The notes beneath the pieces are model-generated. The model saw only the letters and a list, made by a program, of their open reading frames with translations. It did no database searches and was not told the origin of the DNA. Positions 45,504-54,709 of a stretch of 61,818 nt of DNA are shown here, one piece after another (position 1 is the first letter of the stretch; every line of letters starts with the position of its first letter). The stretch lies in IMG/VR virus record IMGVR_UViG_3300032516_000022, positions 1 to 61,818 of that record. The stretch is one strand, 5' to 3'. Made by a program: the position numbers and the translations under genes. The stretch is from a virus (taxonomy: Duplodnaviria > Caudoviricetes).

Positions 45504-45868
45504 TTTACAGCCTCCTCCATCAGATTTTCAAACCTCTGTGCGTAGTCCCAGTCTGCATCTGAATGATTACCAGTAATCATTCTTGTCGGCCCCACCTTGT
45601 ACAATATGGCAATGCCTTGGTAGTTCATCCAATCTTCAATCTTGAAGACCAGATATTCAAACACGATGGCCCGTGCCTTCATGGGATTCCGTCGGTCTTC
45701 ATAGGTATACTTCTTTTTCTTGTTCAGCCGATTGACTTCATCGACCACCACACACTTGATTTGTCCTATCCCCACACAATCTCCATTGTCGGGAGCATTC
45801 GGATTGCTGCCGCTTTCCAATTCGCAAAGCGCCAAGACCATTTTGGCAATTACACTGGCTGTGTACAT
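45500..45868 (-). CDS. Lysozyme-like / lytic transglycosylase
   Basis: ALCELESG (catalytic ES), VGIGQI, EDRRNP.KA. Confidence 0.65.
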   Translation of the reverse strand: MYTASVIAKMVLALCELESGSNPNAPDNGDCVGIGQIKCVVVDEVNRLNKKKKYTYEDRRNPMKARAIVFEYLVFKIEDWMNYQGIAILYKVGPTRMITGNHSDADWDYAQRFENLMEEAVK

Positions 45869-45884
45869 GTGCTTATCCTTCCTT

Positions 45885-45960
45885 AGAAAAAGATCGGCCC
45901 TTGCTACTCAGCACAGTCAGGAGGAAGGAAGGAACCTGCTACGCCTTTCACAAGGGCCGA
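45885..45960 (-). terminator. Terminator-like stem after the SSB gene
   Basis: 10-bp stem TCGGCCCTTG/CAAGGGCCGA, then TCTTTTT on the minus strand. The loop is unusually long (47 nt). Confidence 0.45.
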
Positions 45961-45972
45961 CCACTTGATCAA

Positions 45973-47157
45973 CTACTTACGCCGACGAGACGGCTTTACC
46001 GGCTCTTCGTCTTCATCGTCTTCATCGTCATCAGATTCCTTATCGCCATCTTCCTCATCGTCTTCGGCATCTTCATCGTCTCCATCGGAATCCTCATCAT
46101 CTCCATCGGATTCCTCGTCATCGTCGTCATCTTTCTTCGAGGACTTCTTGACTTTTCCTTTCTTGCTCTTACCTCGATCGTCGTCCTCGTCGTCGTCAGA
46201 CTCGTCAGCATCTTCGTCATCTTCCTCGCCATCATCATCAGCTGCTGACTCGTCTTCGTCAGATTTCTCATCTTCCGAATCAGACTCTTCGTCTTCATCG
46301 TCACTGTCATCGTTATCATCTTCGTCCTTAGCTGATTTCTTGATCTTTCGCTTTGGCTTTTCGTCCTCTTCGTCACCGTCTTCATCGCTTTCCGCATCAC
46401 TGTCTCCGGCGTCATCCTCGTCCTCCTCTTTCTCATCCTCGTCCTCGTTTTGCAGGAACAGCTTTTCCAGTGCATCGTACGAGAGGATGTTCATGATTTT
46501 ATCAAGGTCTGCCACCTCTTCCAGCACTTCTTCTTCGATGTCATCCCGGTCTTCAAAGTCGATCCGGGAACACTTCATGAACGTCCCTCCTGTGCCGATC
46601 TTCACCTCTGTGAAGCGGACGTTCAGAGTCTTGCCGCCTTTGAGGTATGGGAAGGATCCCAATTCATCAGCCCCTTCCCGAATCTCCTCTTCCAGCTTAT
46701 CCCCAAAGGCAAACGTGGAAGCCGTCATCAACTGGACACCACTCTTTGAATGGTTCGTATCAATGACGTTGAACATCTGCCGCTCCGACCGGCGGAGTGC
46801 TTTCACGACATCCTCATCCGCATCCGGATCCTTGCGAAGCTTATTGTACTCTTCGCAGATCGGACACTTCTTTCCGATTGTCGTTGGGCAGACCACACTG
46901 GTTTGCTCCGGACCGATGTTGCGATGTATGAAGTATGTCCGCTCGTACCAGAGCTCACCCTTCTTTGCCTCCGGATGATTGTCCACTGTGACCCGATATG
47001 GCAGGATGTTCAGACTCATCCGCTTTTCCAGCCCCAAGAACTCCATGTCCTTCGGAAGGTTCAGCGTTGTGTTTCCCCGACCATGGCCTTCTCGTGTCTT
47101 CGCCCTCTGCTTGATCCGATCCTTCAGGCTCAGCTTTTTCTTTAACGAATCTTTCAT
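45973..47157 (-). CDS. gp32-like ssDNA-binding protein with very long acidic tail
   Basis: NILPY, IHRN, CPTTIGKKCPICE; ~145-aa D/E-rich C-terminus. Confidence 0.75.
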   Translation of the reverse strand: MKDSLKKKLSLKDRIKQRAKTREGHGRGNTTLNLPKDMEFLGLEKRMSLNILPYRVTVDNHPEAKKGELWYERTYFIHRNIGPEQTSVVCPTTIGKKCPICEEYNKLRKDPDADEDVVKALRRSERQMFNVIDTNHSKSGVQLMTASTFAFGDKLEEEIREGADELGSFPYLKGGKTLNVRFTEVKIGTGGTFMKCSRIDFEDRDDIEEEVLEEVADLDKIMNILSYDALEKLFLQNEDEDEKEEDEDDAGDSDAESDEDGDEEDEKPKRKIKKSAKDEDDNDDSDDEDEESDSEDEKSDEDESAADDDGEEDDEDADESDDDEDDDRGKSKKGKVKKSSKKDDDDDEESDGDDEDSDGDDEDAEDDEEDGDKESDDDEDDEDEEPVKPSRRRK

Positions 47158-47346
47158 ATTTCTTTTCCTCTTCTTCCTGTATGACTTGTATGACTGCTCG
47201 GGTGGCAATTCGACTGACCATATAGACCACTGCCAATATGATCAGACATGCGAACAGGAATACCGCCACCCACATTAGGCATTCCAGCATTGTCATGAAG
47301 ACTGCATACATGTTCTATCTCCTTTTCCGTTCCTCCTTTCCTTCCT

Positions 47347-47835
47347 TTACTTGGTCCTTCGTGACTTGATCTTTTCCATTGCCTGTTGATGCAGTCCCTT
47401 CTTTGCGGCTTCCAGATTCAGATCCCGGGGATCCTTTGGTCCGGCGAAGTACTGCTGACTTTGCAAGTGTACCAGCTCCTCCAGTGCTGCCTTGCGGTGT
47501 TCCATGGCTCGAACGGCCGACTGAACAAGATCCAATTCATACTGCTTGTCAATGATCTTACCGGCCATCTGTCTCACTTCTTCATTCGCGGTAATGGCTG
47601 CCTTGATTCCTCCTTCAGTTATCCGGTCCTCCATTCCGTACTTGGCTGGATGCCGGCGTATGCGGTTTGCCCAATTGGCTTCCAGCACGTCAGATTCTTC
47701 CCTTAGCAAGGCCAGCTCCTTCTTCAGGACAGAAGCCTCTTTGCTGATTTTCATGAAGCGGTTGGCTTGGTCCAACCACTCCACGTCCAAGGCCATAGGA
47801 TCGATGTGCATCAGTTTATCTAGGTCCATTATCAT
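47347..47835 (-). CDS. Helical protein, possibly UvsY-like recombination mediator
   Basis: ID..ALD.EW..Q, ITE..I, AMEHRK..L; next to SSB. Confidence 0.45.
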   Translation of the reverse strand: MIMDLDKLMHIDPMALDVEWLDQANRFMKISKEASVLKKELALLREESDVLEANWANRIRRHPAKYGMEDRITEGGIKAAITANEEVRQMAGKIIDKQYELDLVQSAVRAMEHRKAALEELVHLQSQQYFAGPKDPRDLNLEAAKKGLHQQAMEKIKSRRTK

Positions 47836-47844
47836 TCTCCTTGG

Positions 47845-48756
47845 TTAGGAATTGACCACCTCGTAGCAAGCCATGACCAACTTGGCCTTGGCATCGTCAA
47901 AGAACGGACTCTTGAACGCATCCATGACCACATACGCCTGTGGATTGTCATTCCCCAGCAAGACAGATGTACAGTAGGCCAGCATCAGACGGCGCAGGGA
48001 TTCCGGCTCCCCTTCAATGGTCTTGATTAACTTGGCCACTTCCGGCCACTTGGGCTTCTTGAAGAGAATGCGGGCAAGGGCAATGGCTTCGTTCTGCTGC
48101 TCAGTTGCTTGTCGGGCAGCTTTCAACATTTTATCAACTGGGAGGTCAAGAATCTTCTCCAGTACCGCCAAGGCTATTCCCGGACTGCCAAGGGAGTCCA
48201 TAGCAATCTGCTTCAAGACCTCATCTGGGACTTCCTTGCCTTCTTGTTGAATAATTCCCTTCAGATACTTTAGCATGGTCTCGTCGTGGATCGGAGACAT
48301 AGCAAAGTGAACGCACCGCCTCTTCAAGGTGAGCTTCAACTTGTCCGGGTCGGTGGTGGCCAGAATGAAAAAGGCATGTGCTGGTGCCTCTTCCAAGGCT
48401 TTCAACAAGGCTTCTTGAGCGTCCTTGGTTAGCTGATGCGCTTCGTCAAGTAGCCACCCCCGACGAGTTCCCTCCAGTCCTCGGTACTGCATCTGTTGAC
48501 GTAGTTGCCGAACTGTGTCAATACCTCGGAAATCTGCAGTATCCAGTTCAGTAAAATCACTGCCTACAATTCCCAGATTCTTGATAATAATTCGAGCAAG
48601 GGTGGTCTTACCTGTGCCACTAGGTCCGGTAATCAGGAAGGCATGGGGGATCTTGACTGATGGTCTTTGTAGAATCCCTTCCACGGCTTGTATAGTGGAT
48701 CGGCTTCCCAGTAAGGTTTCAAACTTCTTCGGTCGGTATCGTCTTGCTAGACTCAT
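47845..48756 (-). CDS. Clamp loader (DnaX gamma/tau-like AAA+)
   Basis: RRYRPKKF, GPSGTGKTT, LDEAHQLT..AQ.ALLK.LEE, RRC. Confidence 0.92.
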   Translation of the reverse strand: MSLARRYRPKKFETLLGSRSTIQAVEGILQRPSVKIPHAFLITGPSGTGKTTLARIIIKNLGIVGSDFTELDTADFRGIDTVRQLRQQMQYRGLEGTRRGWLLDEAHQLTKDAQEALLKALEEAPAHAFFILATTDPDKLKLTLKRRCVHFAMSPIHDETMLKYLKGIIQQEGKEVPDEVLKQIAMDSLGSPGIALAVLEKILDLPVDKMLKAARQATEQQNEAIALARILFKKPKWPEVAKLIKTIEGEPESLRRLMLAYCTSVLLGNDNPQAYVVMDAFKSPFFDDAKAKLVMACYEVVNS

Positions 48757-50108
48757 GCTGCCGCCTCTTCTTTCATACTCCACGGTTGATTGGGTTTCGA
48801 GATTTCATATTCCACTTTCAAAGGCACAATGATCCACGGCCATTCGGCTGGTAGTTTCTTGGTGGCTACTTCGTCCACAATCGCTCGGAGGTCTTTTGCC
48901 TGTGCTTCTTCCATATTATCAAAGGCAATGGAGTCATGTATCTGTCCTATAATAAATGGCCCCATTTTGCTTTTCTTCAGAATTCGATTGACTTGAATCA
49001 GGGTCCACAACATACAATGGAAGGCTGGTCCTTGTATCGGAAGATTCAGCACTTGGTTTCTTCGCATAAGACCAGAGCAGGTAAATCCAGTCATTGTGTG
49101 GAAGTATCCCTTTTTCAAGTATTCTCTCCAGAACGTCTCTTTCCACTGGGTGTAAACTTTGAATCGTTTATTCCAGAAGTGCCATTCCACTTTTTCAATG
49201 TGCTTCTGAAAACGACAGAACGGAGTCAAACCTTGTTTCTGTAAATGATCCATCAAAGGGATGTTATCAGCGGTAGTCAACTCTAATAGTCGCACATTGT
49301 CCCATAGATGTGGTGCCACTTCTCTCCAATAAGATCCATAGAACTCAGGAAAGACAAATCCATTTTTGGCACTGTATCGAATGTCCTTGGATACTTGTTT
49401 CATATCCAGTCGATAGCAATCCATGGCCAAGTCCCTGTGCATATCTGTACTTGGGTCTTTGATGTACCGAATCAGAGCCGGGTCTTTATGCTGGCAAGCC
49501 GAAGCACAGACTTCCACTCCTTTGAAGTCTGACTCCATGAAGCATTTTCCCTTTCGAGGAATTAAAGCACCCCGGACAAGTAAGGCAATCTCTTTGTCCC
49601 GCTTGTTCTGATTCTGAAAGTTGATGTGATCTGAAGATGAACGGAAAGATCGAACCAGATGTAAATTGAAAAAGGGATGAAGCAAACCACCCACTTGCTC
49701 CCTCATGATTTCTTCCAAACGGACCTGGGCGTGCTGTAGTCGTTTCATGTCTGATCGTTGATCCAACCAGTCAATATGAAAGTCTTGCAAGGCTTCTTTA
49801 TCCACAGAAGTCTTTCCATGCCGAGTTTCCTTTTTCGACTTTAAGCCCATCTGACCAAAAAGAAACTTCCCCAGCTGATCATCAGAATCAAGATTGAAGG
49901 ACTGACCTTTCCAAGCCTTCCACTTCTTGACATCTGAATCGGTTAGTATCTTTCTCTCCAATTTCTTACAACGAAGCTGTAGATTTTCAATGGTTGTTCT
50001 GCAATACTTTCTGTCTACTCGAATACCCCTATTCTCCATATCGGCAAAAGCAGCCACACCATCATGGAGTAGTTGATAGGCTTCTTTGGTACTAGGCGTG
50101 CATTTCAT
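48753..50108 (-). CDS. Family A DNA polymerase, polymerase domain
   Basis: RSSS..INFQN, motif A DFKGVE, motif B RYSAKNGFVFPEFYG, motif C QIHDS. Confidence 0.92.
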   Translation of the reverse strand: MKCTPSTKEAYQLLHDGVAAFADMENRGIRVDRKYCRTTIENLQLRCKKLERKILTDSDVKKWKAWKGQSFNLDSDDQLGKFLFGQMGLKSKKETRHGKTSVDKEALQDFHIDWLDQRSDMKRLQHAQVRLEEIMREQVGGLLHPFFNLHLVRSFRSSSDHINFQNQNKRDKEIALLVRGALIPRKGKCFMESDFKGVEVCASACQHKDPALIRYIKDPSTDMHRDLAMDCYRLDMKQVSKDIRYSAKNGFVFPEFYGSYWREVAPHLWDNVRLLELTTADNIPLMDHLQKQGLTPFCRFQKHIEKVEWHFWNKRFKVYTQWKETFWREYLKKGYFHTMTGFTCSGLMRRNQVLNLPIQGPAFHCMLWTLIQVNRILKKSKMGPFIIGQIHDSIAFDNMEEAQAKDLRAIVDEVATKKLPAEWPWIIVPLKVEYEISKPNQPWSMKEEAAA

Positions 50109-51294
50109 GTCGTTGATCCCTTGCCGTTAACCATTCCAGAAATGAATCATAACCACAGTACTTCAATAATGAATCTGTACTGACTTGCGATATTCGATTG
50201 AAGGCATTGGCATTCTTGTCCCCTGATTCAATATACGGAGCAACTTGTTGATCATAGTTGCCTAAGCCATATCGAACAAAGGCCTGGAACTTAATGGAGG
50301 TGATACTGGAGCGATTATCAAGGACATGCGCTGCCAGCATTGTATCATGATACCAGTTTCTGACTCTGGTTTGAAAAAAGACTCTTGACCATGTCTCTTC
50401 AAACTTGAAGTTGCTGGCAATCTTTCTGAAATCGGATTGTAAAAAGTTATTCCAAATATCCCGTATCGCCGGACCATAACGAAAAGCCAATGTTCGTTTA
50501 CCATCAGAAATGGACATGCATACTACTCGATGTCCTTTGGCGTGCGGTTTCAGTCCGGTAGTCTCATAATCAAAGGCAACCCGAGTATTGGGTTTGCTCT
50601 CATACATCCATCGTTGCAGAGCCCGGGCTCCTTTAATTGGATTGGGATACTGCTCGACTTCAATTACAAGAGACTTAGGCGCCGGTTCTGTATGTTTTCG
50701 GAATGCTGCTTTCAAGTCTTGAAAGAAAAGGAGATTTGCAGTCCCTCGTCCTTTTTCTTCTCGCATGACAAATGAAGGATGATATGTCGGACAAAGGTAC
50801 GCACCCAATTTAGGACAGGGTATTTGAAAACCTCTCCAAGTATCCACTTCTCCAATGGAGCCTTTCCAGTAAGGGAGTATGACGGACTTCATTGCTGCTG
50901 ATCCTAGCAAAATAATTACTCGGGGATTTACTTGCTTAATGGTTTGAAAAACCCTTGATCGACAGGCATCTATTTCTAAAGCTACAGGTTCTCGATCATC
51001 TGGCGGTCGACAGTTGACAGCGTTTGTTCGTACGCAATCATCAGCAAGATGACAGTCTATTTTATCCAAAGTCTCTCGAACCATCTGTCCGTATCTTCCC
51101 ATGAATGGCTTGCCCGTCTTGTCATCCTGCTCTTCTGGTGCTTGTCCCACAATGAGAATATGAGACCGTCCTTTCCCATACGGCTTCATCATCTGTGTTT
51201 TGCAAGATTCAATCAGCTTGCATGGACATCTCTTTTGAGAGAACTTGGATGTCGTTGTCTGGATTTTCTCGAGACTAAAGAAGCCTTCAGGCAT
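50092..51294 (-). CDS. UDG family-4-like domain plus 3'-5' exonuclease (N-half of the polymerase)
   Basis: VGQAP, PFMG..G, NAVNCRPP, TYHPS; exonuclease motifs DYETTG, HDTML, YCGYD. Confidence 0.88.
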   Translation of the reverse strand: MPEGFFSLEKIQTTTSKFSQKRCPCKLIESCKTQMMKPYGKGRSHILIVGQAPEEQDDKTGKPFMGRYGQMVRETLDKIDCHLADDCVRTNAVNCRPPDDREPVALEIDACRSRVFQTIKQVNPRVIILLGSAAMKSVILPYWKGSIGEVDTWRGFQIPCPKLGAYLCPTYHPSFVMREEKGRGTANLLFFQDLKAAFRKHTEPAPKSLVIEVEQYPNPIKGARALQRWMYESKPNTRVAFDYETTGLKPHAKGHRVVCMSISDGKRTLAFRYGPAIRDIWNNFLQSDFRKIASNFKFEETWSRVFFQTRVRNWYHDTMLAAHVLDNRSSITSIKFQAFVRYGLGNYDQQVAPYIESGDKNANAFNRISQVSTDSLLKYCGYDSFLEWLTARDQRHEMHA

Positions 51295-51304
51295 TGTATC
51301 CCTC

Positions 51305-51405
51305 TTGTAAGCTATCTAGGATTGTTTAGGTAGTCTTGAAAAGCTAATTGAACAGCTTCCCCTTATCTAGGTAGTGCTTCGCACCTACACGATCCTAGAC
51401 GTTTT
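51305..51405 (-). repeat. Dispersed ~95-bp element, copy 6 (diverged)
   Basis: Minus strand AAAACGTCTAGGATCGTGTAG...AGCTTTTCAAG...AATCCTAGA; spacing 59 bp. Confidence 0.65.
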
Positions 51406-52408
51406 CCACTTTCATGGATTTCCAACCCTTTCCAGTCCAATACTTGGACACATCCTTTACATCCCAGTGTTTGAAGTCGCATCTTGAGAATGTTACGTTG
51501 CATCGAGAACATTGGGAGATAGCTGCTCGATTCTTGTTGTGAAGTTTCTGACGAATCAATTGCATTTTCTTTCCGTACCAGAAGCACTTGAATCCATCCA
51601 CTCCGTCTTGAACCGATCCAAACTGGCCAGAAGTCTCCCCCACATTGTCTTGACAGCAGATAAGGTATTTACCTTTGGAATCGACTGAGACATACCTGAA
51701 TGGCTGGTTACAGCGCCGTGCGGGTGCTCTGACTACCGGAGTCAATCCGAACTTTGCAGCCGCTTTCCAATCCAGATGATTGAACCAAGTGCCAAGCAGT
51801 CCTGCACGGAACCTACTTCTGGGCCAGTTTTCTGGCTGCTCTTGAAGTACGATCAACTTCAAATCCGGTCCATGATAAACCCAGGGAGAAGGTGCACAGT
51901 CAGGAGCAGCATAGTATTCATACCATGGATATCCAGATTCCTTTGCCAGTTCTCTGAACTTTTCATTAGGACCGTACATATCCGTGTATACGATATTCGC
52001 TCCTGCCATTAGCAACTGTTTATACGTCACTTTGTTTGTACGAAGCATTGTACCATTGGTTGTGATTTGAATCTGGGACAAGGGGGATAGCTTTCTGGCC
52101 AAGGAAAGAAACTCTGGAAGATTCGGATTGAGCGTGGGCTCCCCACCCAGAACAAGGTCGATTCGACACGTGGGAGAAATCTTGGCAATAATCTTCCAGA
52201 CTTGGCACCAGGTCTTTTCTGTCATGAAGTGGTAGATGCCTTTTTTGTCAAGACGACAAGAGCAGTGCCCACAAGACAGATTGCAACCATGTGTAGGTTC
52301 AATGCACCAGACCCAGGGTGTTGTTGCCCCAAGGGGTTTGATTTTTTCTGGTGTCTTGACTTCAGGAAAGGTGAATGATCCTGGCGGTCGAATAAAGCCA
52401 AATGTCAT
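51395..52408 (-). CDS. Radical SAM enzyme with SPASM/twitch domain
   Basis: CNLSCGHC, GGEPTLNP, ITTNG, CNQPF, CCQD, CSRC. Confidence 0.92.
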   Translation of the reverse strand: MTFGFIRPPGSFTFPEVKTPEKIKPLGATTPWVWCIEPTHGCNLSCGHCSCRLDKKGIYHFMTEKTWCQVWKIIAKISPTCRIDLVLGGEPTLNPNLPEFLSLARKLSPLSQIQITTNGTMLRTNKVTYKQLLMAGANIVYTDMYGPNEKFRELAKESGYPWYEYYAAPDCAPSPWVYHGPDLKLIVLQEQPENWPRSRFRAGLLGTWFNHLDWKAAAKFGLTPVVRAPARRCNQPFRYVSVDSKGKYLICCQDNVGETSGQFGSVQDGVDGFKCFWYGKKMQLIRQKLHNKNRAAISQCSRCNVTFSRCDFKHWDVKDVSKYWTGKGWKSMKVENV

Positions 52409-53334
52409 TCTGCACCTTCTTCAATTGGTGTAACTGGGCACAACTTGTTGGATGAATACTGTGCGTGCTTACCTACATAGACAAGTCGCATACCATATTC
52501 ATTCGTCCCAACGATGGGTGTCACGCCTTCACGAAGTATAGGTTTATTTTTCTTGAACGGAGCATAGTTGACCCTGTGGTGCCAACGACCGTACTTCCAT
52601 ACCATTTCAACAACATCTGGGTGCTGCTTCTGAAGAGATTCAACGAAGGCTTTGCGATAGTCTCCCGTGTTGTAAACATTGTCCGCATTGCCGCCATGAA
52701 AGGATTTCTTTTTCTTATCTGTAGGAGCACCACTCCATGTTGCCATTTTTTGGCCCAAAAAGACTTTGAAAATACATGTCACCCAGCCATCCTTCAAAGC
52801 CCGTATGCATATGTCGGTATCTTCATTGTATCGACCTCTCCATCGATAGGGAAGATCCGTGTTGACCAATATCATGGAATAGATTCTGGTGTTCAAAGAC
52901 AATGCAGGTTGTCCGCCGTCCACTTCCACAGCAAATGCTTTGTTGTGTGGACCGCAAAAGGCAATGTTCGTATACCGATCAGCCCAATCTTCAATGCATC
53001 GAAAGATCGCTGAAGTCTGAACAGGAATCCGTCGATTGTAGTTCATTCGATAGAACACGGAGACATTATCATCCATGACCCAGTGGCGAGCTTGCTTATT
53101 CTTTTTGGCATGCTCCCAGATCCAGTTGCGGGCAGGAATAGAACCTTGTCCCAGATCATGAAATGGAAGAGTTAATACCTCACCAAGACCTAGTTTCTTG
53201 TACTTCTTGACTTCGGTATTTTCAACAACGAAGAAAAACGGACACTTCATTTCCGTTAATCGCAGTGCTGTAAACGGCATGTCTGATCGGCCCTTGCTCA
53301 TGATATAAATCGGATACCTAGTTTTCATCAACAT
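52405..53334 (-). CDS. TET-associated/GREB1-like (TAGT) glycosyltransferase, putative DNA modification
   Basis: YPIYIMSKGR, ARNWIWEHA, HWVMDDN, NTRIYS, WRGRYNEDTD. Confidence 0.8.
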   Translation of the reverse strand: MLMKTRYPIYIMSKGRSDMPFTALRLTEMKCPFFFVVENTEVKKYKKLGLGEVLTLPFHDLGQGSIPARNWIWEHAKKNKQARHWVMDDNVSVFYRMNYNRRIPVQTSAIFRCIEDWADRYTNIAFCGPHNKAFAVEVDGGQPALSLNTRIYSMILVNTDLPYRWRGRYNEDTDICIRALKDGWVTCIFKVFLGQKMATWSGAPTDKKKKSFHGGNADNVYNTGDYRKAFVESLQKQHPDVVEMVWKYGRWHHRVNYAPFKKNKPILREGVTPIVGTNEYGMRLVYVGKHAQYSSNKLCPVTPIEEGAE

Positions 53335-53629
53335 ATCTCCATTCACCTGGATTTGTGAACTTTGGCTGCTTGGGGTACCAGAAGGATTTGCATCTTTCTG
53401 AAATTGGAATATCAAGTTTCTTGGCAAATTTCTGTAGGTCTGCAAGTGTGAAGAAGTTGACCTTGATTTCAAATGCTGGCATGGCATCGCCCATCTGAAA
53501 CTCAGGCATATTCCACCAGTACTCTTTCCAAGATGGGTCGTCCCTGAGAAAGCCTACCGTCTTTTTCTTTTCTTGAACCGGTCTTCCTGCACGGGACAGA
53601 TCAGTTACTGCTTTGTGTTTCATTCTCAT
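53318..53629 (-). CDS. Small accessory protein upstream of the TAGT gene
   Basis: WWNMPEF, VNF....DL..F, SFWYP. Confidence 0.6.
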   Translation of the reverse strand: MRMKHKAVTDLSRAGRPVQEKKKTVGFLRDDPSWKEYWWNMPEFQMGDAMPAFEIKVNFFTLADLQKFAKKLDIPISERCKSFWYPKQPKFTNPGEWRYVDEN

Positions 53630-53630
53630 A

Positions 53631-54623
53631 TTATTTTTCCATGATGATGGAGAGCATCATCTTGATGTTGTTTGATGCAAGCAACAGACCATTCTTTATC
53701 AATTGAGCTATGTACGAATTCATAAGCAACTCTGCAGCTGCTTTAGGAACAACAGTGAATGTCATGGATGGTATGCCAGAGGACTCTGTTCTCTCTGCGA
53801 ACTTGGCAAAGTCTCCCTTGGCCCTTACAGTCAGCACATCATTGTCCACCATCACTGTCGCTGTTTCTTTGCAGATGGATGCTGCTCGCTCGAAGATATG
53901 TCCCAGGTTTTTCGGAAGTTGAATCTTGTCCCCCTTACCATTGAAGAAGGAGCATATGTTTGGATATTCAAGATCGGACAACCGACAGGACGCTGTTAAG
54001 GTTTTGTTCCGAAAATGAATCCAGTCAGATTCAGTATCACAGGCAATTTCCAGAGGATCGATACCGCTGATGATTTGTGCCGTCTGAGCCAGAAGAAGAA
54101 ACTTGACCTTCTTAGAAAGACCAGACTGAATTTGAACAGCTTTGATATTGTCGCAACCAAACAAGAAGCCATCATTCCCGTACACGCAAGAGAATCCTTG
54201 GTTGAAGGTATTCCTTGTGCAGAAACTGGCAGCCATGTTGAGAGCTGCTCCAAAACCAGGATCAAGTTTCTGCCAAGTCTTGGCATTGCTCGTGCTGACA
54301 ATATCATCAATCGGCATCTTCCATGCATCTGTCACAATCTGCAACTGTCCATTCTTAATCAAGACACGGCAGCAATTCTCCTTGGAAAAATCCAATGTCA
54401 CTTCTTTGTTCTTTGCTGCTTTTAAGAAGTTAAGCAAAGCACTGGCGGGAATAGCCGTATTGTCTGGGACTTTGAAAGGGGCTTTGGACGAAAAGGCGAT
54501 CGTACCATTGAATGCCCACATCTTCCCATCTTTGAAGCCAATACGATCAGCCTGCAATGCTTCCTTTTCAGAAGTAATCAAAAGAACATGTGCGATCAGT
54601 TCAAGAAGTTCACTGGCTTTCAT
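53631..54623 (-). CDS. Sliding clamp (DnaN-like)
   Basis: 330 aa; AFNG, GCDN and EYPN match beta-clamp repeat patterns; a clamp loader is nearby. Confidence 0.65.
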   Translation of the reverse strand: MKASELLELIAHVLLITSEKEALQADRIGFKDGKMWAFNGTIAFSSKAPFKVPDNTAIPASALLNFLKAAKNKEVTLDFSKENCCRVLIKNGQLQIVTDAWKMPIDDIVSTSNAKTWQKLDPGFGAALNMAASFCTRNTFNQGFSCVYGNDGFLFGCDNIKAVQIQSGLSKKVKFLLLAQTAQIISGIDPLEIACDTESDWIHFRNKTLTASCRLSDLEYPNICSFFNGKGDKIQLPKNLGHIFERAASICKETATVMVDNDVLTVRAKGDFAKFAERTESSGIPSMTFTVVPKAAAELLMNSYIAQLIKNGLLLASNNIKMMLSIIMEK

Positions 54624-54642
54624 TCTGATATCCTTTCATGAA

Positions 54643-54684
54643 GCAAAAGCAAGTGCATGATGTTTTTGTCCACCATGCACTTGC
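54643..54684 (-). terminator. Intrinsic terminator
   Basis: 11-bp stem GCAAGTGCATG/CATGCACTTGC, then TTTT on the minus strand. Confidence 0.65.
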
Positions 54685-54709
54685 ACTACCACATCTTCAA
54701 CTCTGATTA

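Noticed and set aside
45965-46978. Poly-Ser plus-strand ORFs here and at 54726-55424
   Set aside because: Antisense reading of the Asp/Glu codon tracts.
46955-47311. 118-aa TM ORF overlapping the SSB start by ~200 bp
   Set aside because: The N-terminal TM part may be real, but the long overlap looks like read-through in an alternative frame; not enough support to call.
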